Origin: Bacteroidetes bacterium UKL13-3
Lineage (GTDB): Bacteria; Bacteroidota; Bacteroidia; UKL13-3
Direction: 5' to 3'
DNA: 64,000 nt
Assembly: GCA_001602415.1 (NCBI GenBank)
Contig: CP012155.1
Location: forward strand, 3,086,143-3,150,142
Part shown: piece after piece, positions 41,552 to 51,093 of the stretch
Numbering within the stretch: the stretch's first letter is position 1
Layout: each line of letters opens with the position of its first letter
Notes under the pieces: model-generated
Told to the model about the DNA's origin: nothing
Databases searched by the model: none
Seen by the model: only the letters and a program-made list of their open reading frames with translations
Position numbers and translations under genes: made by a program

Positions 41552-44085
41552 GAATTGCTTTCCTTTTATCTTTTTTGCTGTTTTCTGTAACATTTTTCAA
41601 TTGCTCTGCGCAAGAAGAAACAATTATTACCGGGAGAGTAATGGAAAAGAGAAAATCGGAACCTATTCCTTTTGTGAGTATAGGATTTAAAGGGACCAAA
41701 ATTGGTATTACCAGTGATTTTGAGGGAAACTACACACTACGCACAACCCAGCAGGTTGATAGCATAATTGTTTCGTATGTTGGTTATAAAACAGCTCGCA
41801 TAAAAATTAAGCAAGGCCAAAAACAGTTTGTAAAAATTGAGCTCGAAGAACAAACAAATGACTTACTTGAAATAGTTGTTCGGCCAGGCGAAAATCCTGC
41901 TTTACGCATTGTAAAAAAAGCTCAGGAAATGCGCAATCAAAATGATGCAAACAATCTTGCTGCTTTCGAATACGATAACTATACCAAAATTGACGTATCA
42001 ATGGATAATATTTCAGAAAAGATGCGTAACAATAAGTTGTTCAAACCAATTAAGGGATTGTTTGATACGTCTAATCAAATAAAAAACGAAGAAGGGAAGT
42101 ACATACTCCCTATTATGATAAGTGAAACATACTCGCATTTCTATCAACATAACAATCCTTCCATTTCAAAAGAAATAATTAAAGCCAGTAGTGTTAAAGG
42201 TTTTGGTATTGAACAAGGAAGTTATGTTATGGATATGCTTGGTGGTAGTTTATTGCAAATCAATTTTAATCAAAACTGGTTACGTTTATTAGGAAAAGAT
42301 TTTATCTCCCCAATTGCATCGGGTAGCAATACTTATTATATCTATACCCTTCGCGACTCTGTATTTATTGATGGATTAAAGTGTTATCAAATTCAACTTA
42401 ATTTAAAGCGTGATGAAGATTTAGGGTTTATCGGAACCATGTGGATCACAGATTCTTCATTCGCTATCAAACGTATTCATGTTGAATTATCTCCATCGGC
42501 TAATATCAATTTTATTGATCGTTTAAAAATACAACAAGAGATGATTCCTACTGGCAAAAAAGCTTGGCTGCCATACAAAACCCGTTTAATATTAAATGTT
42601 GCAGAATTAAGTTCCAATACCAGTGGTTTTATTGCCAAAATGTATCGCACCAATACCAATTTTATCTTAAACAAAAAAAAGCCTATTGATTTTTTTGACG
42701 TTCAAATTGAGCGCGATTATGAATCAATTGAGCGCAACTCTAATTATTGGGATACCCTAAGAACAGAGCCTTTTACCGCTACCGAAAAGCAGATGTTTAC
42801 TATTATTGATTCGGTGAAAAATTTACCTGCCATAAAAACATACTTGGATATTGTTCGATTGGTGCTTGAAGGACATTACCGCAAAAATAAAGTGGATATA
42901 GGGCCCTATTTATTGTTTTTAGGATACAACGAAGTGGAGAGTATGCGAGTACGATTAGGTTTTAGAACCAATATGAACTTTTCTAAACACTGGGTTCTGA
43001 GGCCATATATTGCTTATGGGTTGGGAGATGAAAAATTTAAGTATGGGTTGGGAATAGATTATGTTCTCTCCCGCAAAAAATGGAGTATTGCCAGCATACA
43101 ATTTAAAAACGATTATGATATTCTAGGTGTAACAGATGTAAATCAAAACAACACCTTGCAAGTAAACAATGGTATGTCGAATCTATTTGCGGCATTAAGT
43201 TTCGGGGCTCCCGGAACCAGAATTAACCGCACGATGGAAGTTCAGGCAAACTTTATTAAACAAGTTAACCGCGACATAACATATAGATTAGGAATACAAC
43301 ACACCTACTTTGAACCTGTTGGTAGTTTTGTGTTTGCTTACGAAAAAAATCCGCACAGAGGCAGAACGGGAACCCCTGTTTTAGCTGAAAATTTTCGCTA
43401 CACTGCCGCTTCCTTTGAGTTGCGTTATGCCTACAAAGAGCTAATGGTTATTCGAGGCAGTCAGCGTATTCGAGTAACACTCCCCAAGGCTCCTGCTTTT
43501 ACGTTTTTGTACACACGTGGATTTCGCGGCTTGCTTGGTGGTAATTTTGATTACGATAAAGTACAACTAAACATCAGTCAACATATTACTACCGGTTTTT
43601 TGGGTAATGCCGATTTCAATCTTACTGTCGGTAAAATATTCGGCCGTTTACCATACCCGATGTTAGATGTTCCACGCGGTAATCCAACACCTATTTATAG
43701 CGATAAAAACTATAGCCTAATGAACTTGTATGAGTTTGTAGCCGATGAGTATTCACAGCTTTTATACATACAACATTTTGAAGGGTTGTTTACCAACAGA
43801 ATTCCATTATTGAAGAAATGGAAACTGAGAAATTTTGCTGCTGCTAAAATGGCTTTCGGGCATCTTACCCACCAAAACAATTTCATCCTGCCTCCAACAA
43901 ATTCCGAGGGGCGGCCGCTATCTCCGGTATACCAATACGGTAATGTACCTTACACAGAAGTTGCTTACGGTTTCGAAAACATCTTTAAATTTATTTCGAT
44001 AAGTTCTATTCACCGACTTACTTATTTAAAAAACAAGGATGTTCGCAAATGGGGGTTGAATGTGGGAATTAGCTTGGTTTTTTAA
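41548..44085 (+). CDS. DUF5686-like protein: carboxypeptidase-regulatory-like domain plus a large beta-barrel-like domain
   Basis: N-terminal ITGRVMEKRKSEPIPFVSIGFKGTKIGITSDFEGNYTL (CarbopepD_reg-like), 845 aa. Its start overlaps the cyclophilin stop (ATGA). Confidence 0.6.
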   Translation: MRIAFLLSFLLFSVTFFNCSAQEETIITGRVMEKRKSEPIPFVSIGFKGTKIGITSDFEGNYTLRTTQQVDSIIVSYVGYKTARIKIKQGQKQFVKIELEEQTNDLLEIVVRPGENPALRIVKKAQEMRNQNDANNLAAFEYDNYTKIDVSMDNISEKMRNNKLFKPIKGLFDTSNQIKNEEGKYILPIMISETYSHFYQHNNPSISKEIIKASSVKGFGIEQGSYVMDMLGGSLLQINFNQNWLRLLGKDFISPIASGSNTYYIYTLRDSVFIDGLKCYQIQLNLKRDEDLGFIGTMWITDSSFAIKRIHVELSPSANINFIDRLKIQQEMIPTGKKAWLPYKTRLILNVAELSSNTSGFIAKMYRTNTNFILNKKKPIDFFDVQIERDYESIERNSNYWDTLRTEPFTATEKQMFTIIDSVKNLPAIKTYLDIVRLVLEGHYRKNKVDIGPYLLFLGYNEVESMRVRLGFRTNMNFSKHWVLRPYIAYGLGDEKFKYGLGIDYVLSRKKWSIASIQFKNDYDILGVTDVNQNNTLQVNNGMSNLFAALSFGAPGTRINRTMEVQANFIKQVNRDITYRLGIQHTYFEPVGSFVFAYEKNPHRGRTGTPVLAENFRYTAASFELRYAYKELMVIRGSQRIRVTLPKAPAFTFLYTRGFRGLLGGNFDYDKVQLNISQHITTGFLGNADFNLTVGKIFGRLPYPMLDVPRGNPTPIYSDKNYSLMNLYEFVADEYSQLLYIQHFEGLFTNRIPLLKKWKLRNFAAAKMAFGHLTHQNNFILPPTNSEGRPLSPVYQYGNVPYTEVAYGFENIFKFISISSIHRLTYLKNKDVRKWGLNVGISLVF

Positions 44086-44138
44086 TTTTTAAATGTCATA
44101 ACTTTATTGTTTTGATTTTATTTCTTACAAAGTTTACC

Positions 44139-44173
44139 CAATGTTCGCACTAACGTGACGTTAGCGCGAACAG
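44139..44173. repeat. palindromic element copy 1 (TTCGCACTAACGTGACGTTAGCGCGAACAGGG)
   Basis: Near-perfect 12-bp inverted arms around TGAC (CTAACGT-G-ACGTTAG core), then AACAGGGATCCTGTT, a second palindrome. Repeated 144 bp downstream. Confidence 0.7.
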
Positions 44174-44282
44174 GGATCCTGTTGAAATGAGGTTGGTGAG
44201 CCGCCCGGAACATTATCGGCTCAGTTCAGCATCTGAGGAAAGTCCTCTTAAAGTTTTACCCTTGAGATAAACGGTGGGAATT

Positions 44283-44318
44283 CTAATTCGCACTAACGTG
44301 ACGTTAGCGCGAACAGGG
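44283..44318. repeat. palindromic element copy 2
   Basis: TTCGCACTAACGTGACGTTAGCGCGAACAGGGG, identical over 33 nt to the copy at 44139-44173. Confidence 0.7.
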
Positions 44319-44413
44319 GAACAGGGGGCAGTTTCACCACTCATGCCATTTCCACAACCATTATCTGTGAACTATGAACTATGATCTGCCATCTATGAAC
44401 TGGACTCTTTGAT

Positions 44414-44722
44414 CTATCTTACAACCACATCATCAATCAAAACTTCCCCGGCTTCTTTATTCACCACTTCAATCAGCTTGGCTTTGCTGTAACTCAGCTC
44501 CGTGCGCAAGGGTGCAGATTCAATGTGCAAAAAGAGTTTACCTTGATGGATGTATATTTTTTGCGTGTTTTTGGCAATGAGGTTACCCACCAACTTTTCC
44601 CAATTGTTTATGATGTTAATCTCTTTGAGCTTGCCGCCCATGTGGTTGTTTTCAAACAACTCACTAATTACATCCTTTAAACTTTGTTCGTTGGTATTGC
44701 GTGGTTTTTTCATTCGGATCAA
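44414..44722 (-). CDS. DUF721 (DciA-like) protein downstream of recF
   Basis: 102 aa, ...WEKLVGNLIAKNTQKIYIHQGKLFLHIESAPLRTELSYSKAKLIEVVNKEAG, a typical recF-linked DUF721. Confidence 0.65.
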   Translation of the reverse strand: MIRMKKPRNTNEQSLKDVISELFENNHMGGKLKEINIINNWEKLVGNLIAKNTQKIYIHQGKLFLHIESAPLRTELSYSKAKLIEVVNKEAGEVLIDDVVVR

Positions 44723-45831
44723 ATCTCGTTAATACTTCCGTTATCTACTACAAAATACTTCACCGCCACTAGTGGCATTTTTTGAAACACTTCCTGCAAA
44801 CGCTGCAAATGGGTATCGGTGATAAACAACTGCCCAAAATCTCCGTGTGCAATCATGCTTAACAAGGTATTCAGTCGGTGTTCATCCAGTTTCTCAAAAA
44901 TATCATCCAGCAACAACAACGGTTTGGTTAGCGTTTGTTGTTTGAGGTATTCATATTGGGCAAGTTTTAAGGAAATGATAAACGATTTTTGCTGCCCTTG
45001 AGAGCCGAACTTTTTAAGCGGCTGCCCGTTTAGGGTAAAAACAAGTTCGTCCTTGTGAATACCCTTGGTGGTGCGTTGTGCAGCCAAATCATTTCGTTCG
45101 GTTAACCGCAGCAATTCGTCCATGGATTGGGTATGCATATCTGTTTCATATTGCAAATCCACTGTTTCATTTCCATTGGAAATAGTAGCATAAAAGGAAC
45201 AAAATACTGGAATAAACTGCTCCATAAATTCCTTTCGTTTAAGGAAAATGGATGTGCCGTAACGGATGAGCTGCTCATTGTATGTTTGCAATAAAGTTGA
45301 ATCCATGCACTGCTGTTCGGCAAACAGCTTTAGTTGTTTATTGCGTTGCTCCAGTACTCGGTTGTATGATAACAAATCGGCCAAGTATATTTTGTCGAAT
45401 TGCGCAATAAAACCATCCATAAACTTTCTGCGTTCTTCGCTTCCTTCATGAATAAGCATGATATCATTTGGTGCAATCATTACCAACGGATACAAACCAA
45501 TATGATCCGAGAGTTTTTTGTGCTCGTTATTGTTTACCCGCACACTTTTTTTGGCTCCTCGTTGCACCGCAATGCGCACACTTTCTTCTAACTCATTTCG
45601 GTTAAAAGAGCCTTCAATAAAAAAATAGTCGGCATTGTTTTGCTGAATATGTTGTTGATCGGCTCCGTTTAAAAAACTCTTGGTAAACGACAGGTAATAC
45701 ACGGCATCCAAAACGTTGGTTTTGCCTGCCCCATTTTTCCCTACAAAACAATTTACCTGCGGGCACAATGAAATCGCTCCTTGGGAGTAATTTTTAAAAT
45801 GTTCGAATCGGAGGGATTGGATGGCCAACAT
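44719..45831 (-). CDS. recF: DNA replication and repair protein RecF
   Basis: Walker A GKNGAGKTNVLDA near the N-terminus, SMC-like signature ...SQGQQKSFIISLKLA, Walker B LLLLDDI. The start is assumed at MLAIQSL. Confidence 0.9.
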   Translation of the reverse strand: MLAIQSLRFEHFKNYSQGAISLCPQVNCFVGKNGAGKTNVLDAVYYLSFTKSFLNGADQQHIQQNNADYFFIEGSFNRNELEESVRIAVQRGAKKSVRVNNNEHKKLSDHIGLYPLVMIAPNDIMLIHEGSEERRKFMDGFIAQFDKIYLADLLSYNRVLEQRNKQLKLFAEQQCMDSTLLQTYNEQLIRYGTSIFLKRKEFMEQFIPVFCSFYATISNGNETVDLQYETDMHTQSMDELLRLTERNDLAAQRTTKGIHKDELVFTLNGQPLKKFGSQGQQKSFIISLKLAQYEYLKQQTLTKPLLLLDDIFEKLDEHRLNTLLSMIAHGDFGQLFITDTHLQRLQEVFQKMPLVAVKYFVVDNGSINEI

Positions 45832-45971
45832 GGGGGTCAAATATAGCAGATTATAATCGCCCCAAATCAATAAATGCCTGTATTTGAAGCTAAAATTCTC
45901 ATACACAATATTGTAGTTTACACTTTGTGCAATGCCGAAAATTGTTAGATTTGCAACTCTTTTTACGAAAA

Positions 45972-46967
45972 ATGGCTAAAACTAAATTTACGAAAGAAAC
46001 ATACCTTGGGTGGTACGAGTCGATGCTGCTCATGCGCAGATTTGAGGAGAAAGCTGCTCAGTTATACGGACAACAAAAAATAAAGGGCTTTTGCCACTTA
46101 TATATAGGTCAAGAGGCTGTTGTGGCCGGTACAGTTAGCGCTACCCGCAAGGATGATAAACACATTACCGCTTACCGCGATCATGCTCATGCTATTGCAT
46201 TGGGTATTCCATCGCGTGAGGTGATGGCCGAGTTGTATGGAAAAGTTACTGGGTGCTCAAAAGGAAAAGGTGGATCCATGCACATGTTTTCAAAAGAGCA
46301 CAACTTTTTTGGCGGACATGGTATTGTGGGAGGACAAATTCCTTTGGGCGCAGGTATTGCTTTTGCAGATAAATACCTTGGTGGCGACCAAGTAACCATT
46401 TGTAGTTTTGGTGATGGTGCAGCACGCCAAGGAGCTTTACACGAAACCTTTAACATGGCTATGTTGTGGAAACTGCCGGTTATTTTTATTTGTGAAAACA
46501 ACGGGTATGCAATGGGAACTTCGGTTGAAAGAACCACCAATGCGCCTGATATGTCGATTATAGGTAAGGGATTTGACATGCCAAGTTTTGTGGTTGATGG
46601 AATGCATCCCGAAACTGTTCATGAGGCCATTGCTACCGCTGTTGAGCGCGCACGTAAAGGCGAAGGACCGACCTATTTAGATATTCGCACATACCGTTAC
46701 CGTGGGCACTCCATGAGTGATCCGGCAAAATATCGTACCAAAGAAGAAGTAGAAGAATACAAAAAGAAAGATCCAATCGAAGTAATCAAAGCAACTATTG
46801 AGAAACAAAAATTTGCAGATGCAGCTTGGTTTGATGAAATGGAAGCCAAAATAGAAGCAATTGTGTTGGATAGTGTCGAGTTTGCGGAAAACTCTCCTTA
46901 TCCTGACGGTTCGGCTATTTACGAAGATGTGTATTCAGAACCCAATTATCCATTTATTACCGAATAA
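45972..46967 (+). CDS. pdhA: pyruvate dehydrogenase (acetyl-transferring) E1 component, alpha subunit
   Basis: ThDP-binding GDGAARQGALHETFNMAMLWKLPVIFICENNGYAMGTS. No E1-beta gene follows. Confidence 0.85.
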   Translation: MAKTKFTKETYLGWYESMLLMRRFEEKAAQLYGQQKIKGFCHLYIGQEAVVAGTVSATRKDDKHITAYRDHAHAIALGIPSREVMAELYGKVTGCSKGKGGSMHMFSKEHNFFGGHGIVGGQIPLGAGIAFADKYLGGDQVTICSFGDGAARQGALHETFNMAMLWKLPVIFICENNGYAMGTSVERTTNAPDMSIIGKGFDMPSFVVDGMHPETVHEAIATAVERARKGEGPTYLDIRTYRYRGHSMSDPAKYRTKEEVEEYKKKDPIEVIKATIEKQKFADAAWFDEMEAKIEAIVLDSVEFAENSPYPDGSAIYEDVYSEPNYPFITE

Positions 46968-46987
46968 TATTTTAACAGAGCTATACA

Positions 46988-47686
46988 ATGACTGACAACA
47001 AACACGAAAAAAACGAACTTGATTTAGACAAAACGCTTGTAGAAACCACGCACAAGGTGGAGCATTTTTATGAGGATAATAAAAAGAACATCAACATTGC
47101 CATTATTGCTTTAGTGGTATTGATTGGTGGATACATCGGGTACAAAAAATTATACCTTGAGCCAAAGGAAGTCGAAGCTCAAAAAGAAGTATTTATGGCC
47201 CAAAAGTATTTTGAAATCGACTCGTTTGATTTGGCATTAATAGGTAACGGAACCTTTAAAGGATTTACCGACATTGCCAGCGAATACAGCGGAACCAAAG
47301 TTGGAAACTTAGCACACTATTACGCAGGTATCTGTCATTTGCGTAAAGGCGAATTCCAAGAGGCTATCGACCAATTGGAGGGATTTTCAACCTCTAACGA
47401 GTTAATTGCTCCGTTGGCAGAAGGTGCTATTGGTGATGCTTACGTAGAACTAGCAGACTTAGATAAAGGTGTGAAACACTACATGAAGGCGGCTAAAATG
47501 AACAGCAACAAATTAACATCACCTATTTTCTTGAAGAAAGCAGGGTTGGTATTTGAAGAACAAAAAAATTATGGCGAAGCTGTTGATGCATACAGTGCCA
47601 TTAAAAAAGATTTCCCTGAAGCACAGGAAGCACAAGATATTGATAAATATATTGCCCGTGCAACTGCCTTGAAAGAAGGAAACTAA
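46988..47686 (+). CDS. membrane-anchored TPR-like hypothetical protein
   Basis: 232 aa with a single TM (INIAIIALVVLIGGYIGY) followed by a helical repeat region. Confidence 0.45.
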   Translation: MTDNKHEKNELDLDKTLVETTHKVEHFYEDNKKNINIAIIALVVLIGGYIGYKKLYLEPKEVEAQKEVFMAQKYFEIDSFDLALIGNGTFKGFTDIASEYSGTKVGNLAHYYAGICHLRKGEFQEAIDQLEGFSTSNELIAPLAEGAIGDAYVELADLDKGVKHYMKAAKMNSNKLTSPIFLKKAGLVFEEQKNYGEAVDAYSAIKKDFPEAQEAQDIDKYIARATALKEGN

Positions 47687-47707
47687 TAAGGAATGTATGA
47701 ATTGAAG

Positions 47708-47741
47708 AAAACCGAAGTCGTAAGATGATTTCGGTTTTTTT
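47708..47741 (+). terminator. rho-independent terminator
   Basis: AAAACCGAAgtcgtaagatgaTTCGGTTTT followed by TTTTT. Confidence 0.65.
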
Positions 47742-47779
47742 GTATTCTTTGGTTAACTTGCATTATCAATATTGTTAAC

Positions 47780-47968
47780 ATGAAAAACATAAAGCAGGCA
47801 ACACTAGAGATGATTCAACAATTACCTGAGAACTCAACGGTTGAGGATATTATGTATGAAGTAAATTTGATGGCTCAGGTACTCGATGGCCTTGCAGATG
47901 AAGAGGCTGGTAACGTAGTTTCAACCAAGCAAATGCTTGAACGTATTCAGTCGTGGAAATTGAAATAG
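47780..47968 (+). CDS. putative type II antitoxin
   Basis: 62-aa acidic ORF overlapping the following RelE/ParE toxin gene by 16 nt. Confidence 0.5.
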   Translation: MKNIKQATLEMIQQLPENSTVEDIMYEVNLMAQVLDGLADEEAGNVVSTKQMLERIQSWKLK

Positions 47969-48285
47969 TTTGGTCGGAGCGGGCATCACAAAATCTTCAC
48001 CATATTTACGAATACATCGCACATGATAGTGTTTATTATGCTGAAAGATTCGTTAGCAAAATGGTTGTGAGTATTGAAAAGCAACTCATTTCCTTTCCTC
48101 ATACCGGAAGATTTGTACCCGAATTAACACATACACCCTATCATTTTTTAAAGGAAGTTATTTTTGGCAACTATCGTATACTGTATAATCCTGATAACCT
48201 TCCTCACAAAATAACAATTATAGCAGTAGTACACGCGAAACAAAAAATACAAAAGTTACCCATTGAAGACTGGGTAATTGAATAG
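47953..48285 (+). CDS. type II toxin-antitoxin system RelE/ParE family toxin
   Basis: 110 aa MEIEIVWSERASQNLHHIYEYIAHDSVYYAERFVSKMVVSIEKQLISFPHTGRFVPEL...RILYNP...ITIIAVVHAKQ, a typical ParE/RelE fold signature. Confidence 0.75.
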   Translation: MEIEIVWSERASQNLHHIYEYIAHDSVYYAERFVSKMVVSIEKQLISFPHTGRFVPELTHTPYHFLKEVIFGNYRILYNPDNLPHKITIIAVVHAKQKIQKLPIEDWVIE

Positions 48286-48296
48286 AAGATAAAGCA

Positions 48297-48785
48297 ATGG
48301 CAACACATTTAAAAAACCTATCATCAACCGATTTACTGGCAGATAAAGCATTCAAAAAATACAGCATAGGCATTGCAGTAGCCGATTGGAATCCTGAGAT
48401 TACCCATGCCCTTATGAATGGTGCTGTTGATTTCTTAATAGACAAAGGAGTAAAGGAAAAAAACATTCACATAAAGTTTGTACCCGGCTCTTTTGAATTG
48501 CCGCTTGCCGCTAAATGGTTAGCAGAGCGAAAAGATATTGATACGGTAATTACGCTGGGATGTGTTATTCAGGGAGATACCCGACACTTTGATTTTATTT
48601 GTAATGCCTGTGCGCACGGTGTAATGAACGTAGGATTGGAAAGCGGTAAACCGGTTATTTTTGGTGTGTTAACGACCAACGATCAAAAACAAGCGGAGGA
48701 ACGATCGGGTGGGAAACATGGTAACAAAGGAGTGGAAGCAGCCGAAACTGCTTTGAAGATGTTGTTGGTGAAAGATGCTATTTAG
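48297..48785 (+). CDS. ribH: 6,7-dimethyl-8-ribityllumazine synthase
   Basis: 162 aa, ...YSIGIAVADWNPEITHALMNGAVDFL... Confidence 0.9.
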   Translation: MATHLKNLSSTDLLADKAFKKYSIGIAVADWNPEITHALMNGAVDFLIDKGVKEKNIHIKFVPGSFELPLAAKWLAERKDIDTVITLGCVIQGDTRHFDFICNACAHGVMNVGLESGKPVIFGVLTTNDQKQAEERSGGKHGNKGVEAAETALKMLLVKDAI

Positions 48786-49137
48786 ACGATTTCAACGTAT
48801 CAATTTCCTTTTGTAACGTTTGGATGATTCTATCTTTTTCAGCTAAAATTTGCTGATACAGTTTTTCGATATTTTCTAATGAATTAAAATTATAGGTATT
48901 GTTATACCCGGCATTGATTCTGTTGTTACAGTTCTTAAATATTGGTTTATCGTGAAAGTTTTTGATTTCTTCCGGTGTTACTTGCAATACCCTGGAAATA
49001 GCATCCAAGTAGTCTTCTGAAATTTCTTCCACTTCGTTCTCCAGTTTACCAAGCCATTTTTCACTTATGCCTATTTCATCAGCTACATACTTTTGAGTAC
49101 GTTTTTAAAAATACCTATAGTTCTGATATGCTGTCAT
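48778..49137 (-). pseudogene. XRE-family HTH regulator gene with an in-frame TAA at codon 11
   Basis: MTAYQNYRYF-TAA-KRTQKYVADEIGISEKWLGKLENE... (HTH_XRE helix 2/3 QKYVADEIGIS / EKWLGKLEN). Without the stop it would be a 119-aa protein. Adjacent to IS copy 1. Its 3' end overlaps ribH by 8 nt. Confidence 0.5.
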
Positions 49138-49186
49138 ATTTCCATGGGTTAAAATAATTATTGCTCTTATACTAGGAGCTGGTCAC

Positions 49187-50072
49187 TTAAAATATAGTGA
49201 AGTCACACTCATCCGAACTTTTTTGAGAATCAATTAAAACTTCTTTGTAAACCTTTGTTAATATTGTGTCTTGGCTTGTATATGGTCTAGTGAAAAAAGT
49301 TTTTACATCCATTCGATTAGCAACCTTAGTGTGACAACTAAAAGCTTTATCGTTATCAAAAGTCAACGTTTTAGGCTTGTATTTATTCCTCATTAGGTTA
49401 CTTATAATGGCTTGATAAACTTGATTGCTATCCTTTGCCGTTAGTTTTTTGAGTCTGGTATGTAAAGTAGCTCTGTCTGTCATAACTAATAATGCTCCTT
49501 TATGATTTCTTCCCATCATTAAATCCACTTCAATATCTCCTATTCGCTTTCTTTGAGCTACAATTGCTGGGCGTTTAGCTATTGGGGTTCTATCTAAAAT
49601 AACGCCTCTACTATCTTTTCTATTGCCTCGTTTTCGCCTTCTTTTACCATGCTTTAAATATTGATACAGCTTCTTATATGGCTTAGTTTCTTTCGTATTA
49701 GTATGCTTACACTCCCATATCCATTGATAGATTCGCTCGTGGCTCACCATATCGTTAATGGAGTTACTTATCAATTCAGGACTCCATCTTTCATTTTTAA
49801 TATAGCTACTAATGGTAAGCTTCATTTCACTTGTAAATACTTCATATTTAGGCTTTTCTAAATGTCTAATATTTGTTTTACGCTGTGCATTTAGAGCCAT
49901 ATACTCTCCTGCCGTTTTTCCTCGCTTTGCGATATTACGTTTTAGCTCTCTACTTATAGTTGATGCATGAACGTTTAATTGCTCTGCGATCTTTTTTTAA
50001 CTGAACCCTGCTTTTATTAAACATTCAATCTGATATCTTTGCTCTAAACTGAGCTGTTTGTAATTTTTTGAC
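49187..50072 (-). pseudogene. IS30-family transposase, inactivated (CAA to TAA at codon 27, plus loss of the C-terminal about 65 aa)
   Basis: Compared with copy 2, the codon Q27 (agtCAAaaaaag) reads agtTAAaaaaag. Downstream, ORF 49187-49900 matches copy 2 residues 61-265, then diverges into non-IS sequence. Other substitutions: T49A, N148D. Confidence 0.85.
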
Positions 50073-50163
50073 ATAGACAATCCAAAGATTGCACTACTTG
50101 GTCAAAAGAAAAAAGCCCTCAAAAGCTTTTTTCTTTTGTTTCAAAAATTGCACTTATTTGTTG
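49267..50163 (-). mobile_element. IS30-family insertion sequence, copy 1: 3'-truncated and degenerate
   Basis: About 97-99% identical to the intact copy at 62719-63811 from the left IR (GTTCAACAAATAAGTGCAATTTTT at 50134-50157, reverse strand) down to 49267, where the identity ends abruptly (copy 2 continues AGGGAACAG...; copy 1 continues CAATATT...). Confidence 0.85.
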
Positions 50164-50172
50164 AACTCAGCT

Positions 50173-50297
50173 TATTTGTATTTTGTTGTTTCAATCATTT
50201 AATTAAATTTTAACACATCTACACCAATTGGATAACCATAAATTTTCCCATTGGCATCTTTGTAAATTCTTATTTTATTGAAAGCCATTCCTAAATT
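50173..50297. repeat. direct repeat R1 (about 125 bp, about 88% identical to R2) carrying a remnant of the 3' end of a hydrolase-BNR paralog
   Basis: TATTTGTATTTTGTTGTTTCA...TTTAATTAAATTTTAACACATCTACACCAATTG...CCATAAATTTTCCCATT. The reverse strand encodes ...AKLNLGMAFNKIRIYKDANGKIYGYPIGVDVLKFN*, against ...TVNLGMACNKIRIYKNANGKIYGYAIGVDVLKFN* for the intact gene. Confidence 0.8.
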
Positions 50298-50369
50298 AAG
50301 CTTCGCTCAGTTTTCTATGGGCGATGGTCTTTTTGTATCTTACAAATTAAAAACTGATCTTTATGTTAG

Positions 50370-51086
50370 TTATTTTAGCATACTAATTAAACTTAGTAAT
50401 GTATTTGAAAGATTGTGTGAAATAATAGGTAGCAATATACTTTGCGTTTTAACAGCCATATAACTATAAAGTGTGCCCATAATAAATGTCTGCAAGAAGG
50501 GCCCGAAATCAAAAGTTATTAAATATGACGTATCAAGATGAATGGCGTGTATTAATCCAAATAATAAACCTATAACATATATCGAGGGATTGTTAATCGT
50601 AATTATTTTAAAAGTCAATTTAGGTAGAGATATTGAAGTTAATAATCCTAATAAAACGCCTCTATAAGCTATCTCTTCATCAAAGCCTGGCATAGTTAAT
50701 TGAAATAAAACTGTTTCAGTACTCCATTCCTGTTTATTTAAAGACAATCCGCCTAAGGATGAAAGAATTGCTAAAAAAGTTAAGATAATAATACTTGATT
50801 TCAGATTTTTCTTGTCAGGACTTAAGTTGACATACTGATTATTTAAAAAAAGTCGTTTGTATCTGAAATAAAATAACAAAGAGAATAAAATCGCTAAAAT
50901 TTTGCCTATCCAATTCCAAGCCAAATTAAAAAGGTTAAATCTATTTCCTTCGATAAGAATGAGTGAATAAAGAAGATAATAAATTACTAGTATGCAAACA
51001 CTCTTTTTCCAATTTTTTTGGGATTTATCTACAATTATCCAAATAAATGGAAATACAATTGCTATTTCGTATAAATTTTGTAGCAT
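50370..51086 (-). CDS. CPBP family intramembrane glutamic metalloprotease (CAAX protease / Abi family)
   Basis: 238 aa, polytopic membrane protein with motif 1 FDEEIAYRGVLLG (EExxxR), motif 2 FGLIHAIH (FxxxH) and motif 3 HNLSN. Confidence 0.8.
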   Translation of the reverse strand: MLQNLYEIAIVFPFIWIIVDKSQKNWKKSVCILVIYYLLYSLILIEGNRFNLFNLAWNWIGKILAILFSLLFYFRYKRLFLNNQYVNLSPDKKNLKSSIIILTFLAILSSLGGLSLNKQEWSTETVLFQLTMPGFDEEIAYRGVLLGLLTSISLPKLTFKIITINNPSIYVIGLLFGLIHAIHLDTSYLITFDFGPFLQTFIMGTLYSYMAVKTQSILLPIISHNLSNTLLSLISMLK

Positions 51087-51093
51087 ATTATGT

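Noticed and set aside
44192-44275. 27-codon ORF (MRLVSRPEHYRLSSASEESPLKVLPLR) between the two palindromic elements
   Set aside because: No RBS, odd composition, and the region is more consistent with a structured non-coding spacer.
50278-50463. 61-aa plus-strand ORF spanning repeat R1 and the CPBP gene 3' end
   Set aside because: It overlaps the remnant of the hydrolase-BNR 3' end and the CPBP gene on the opposite strand. Likely non-coding.
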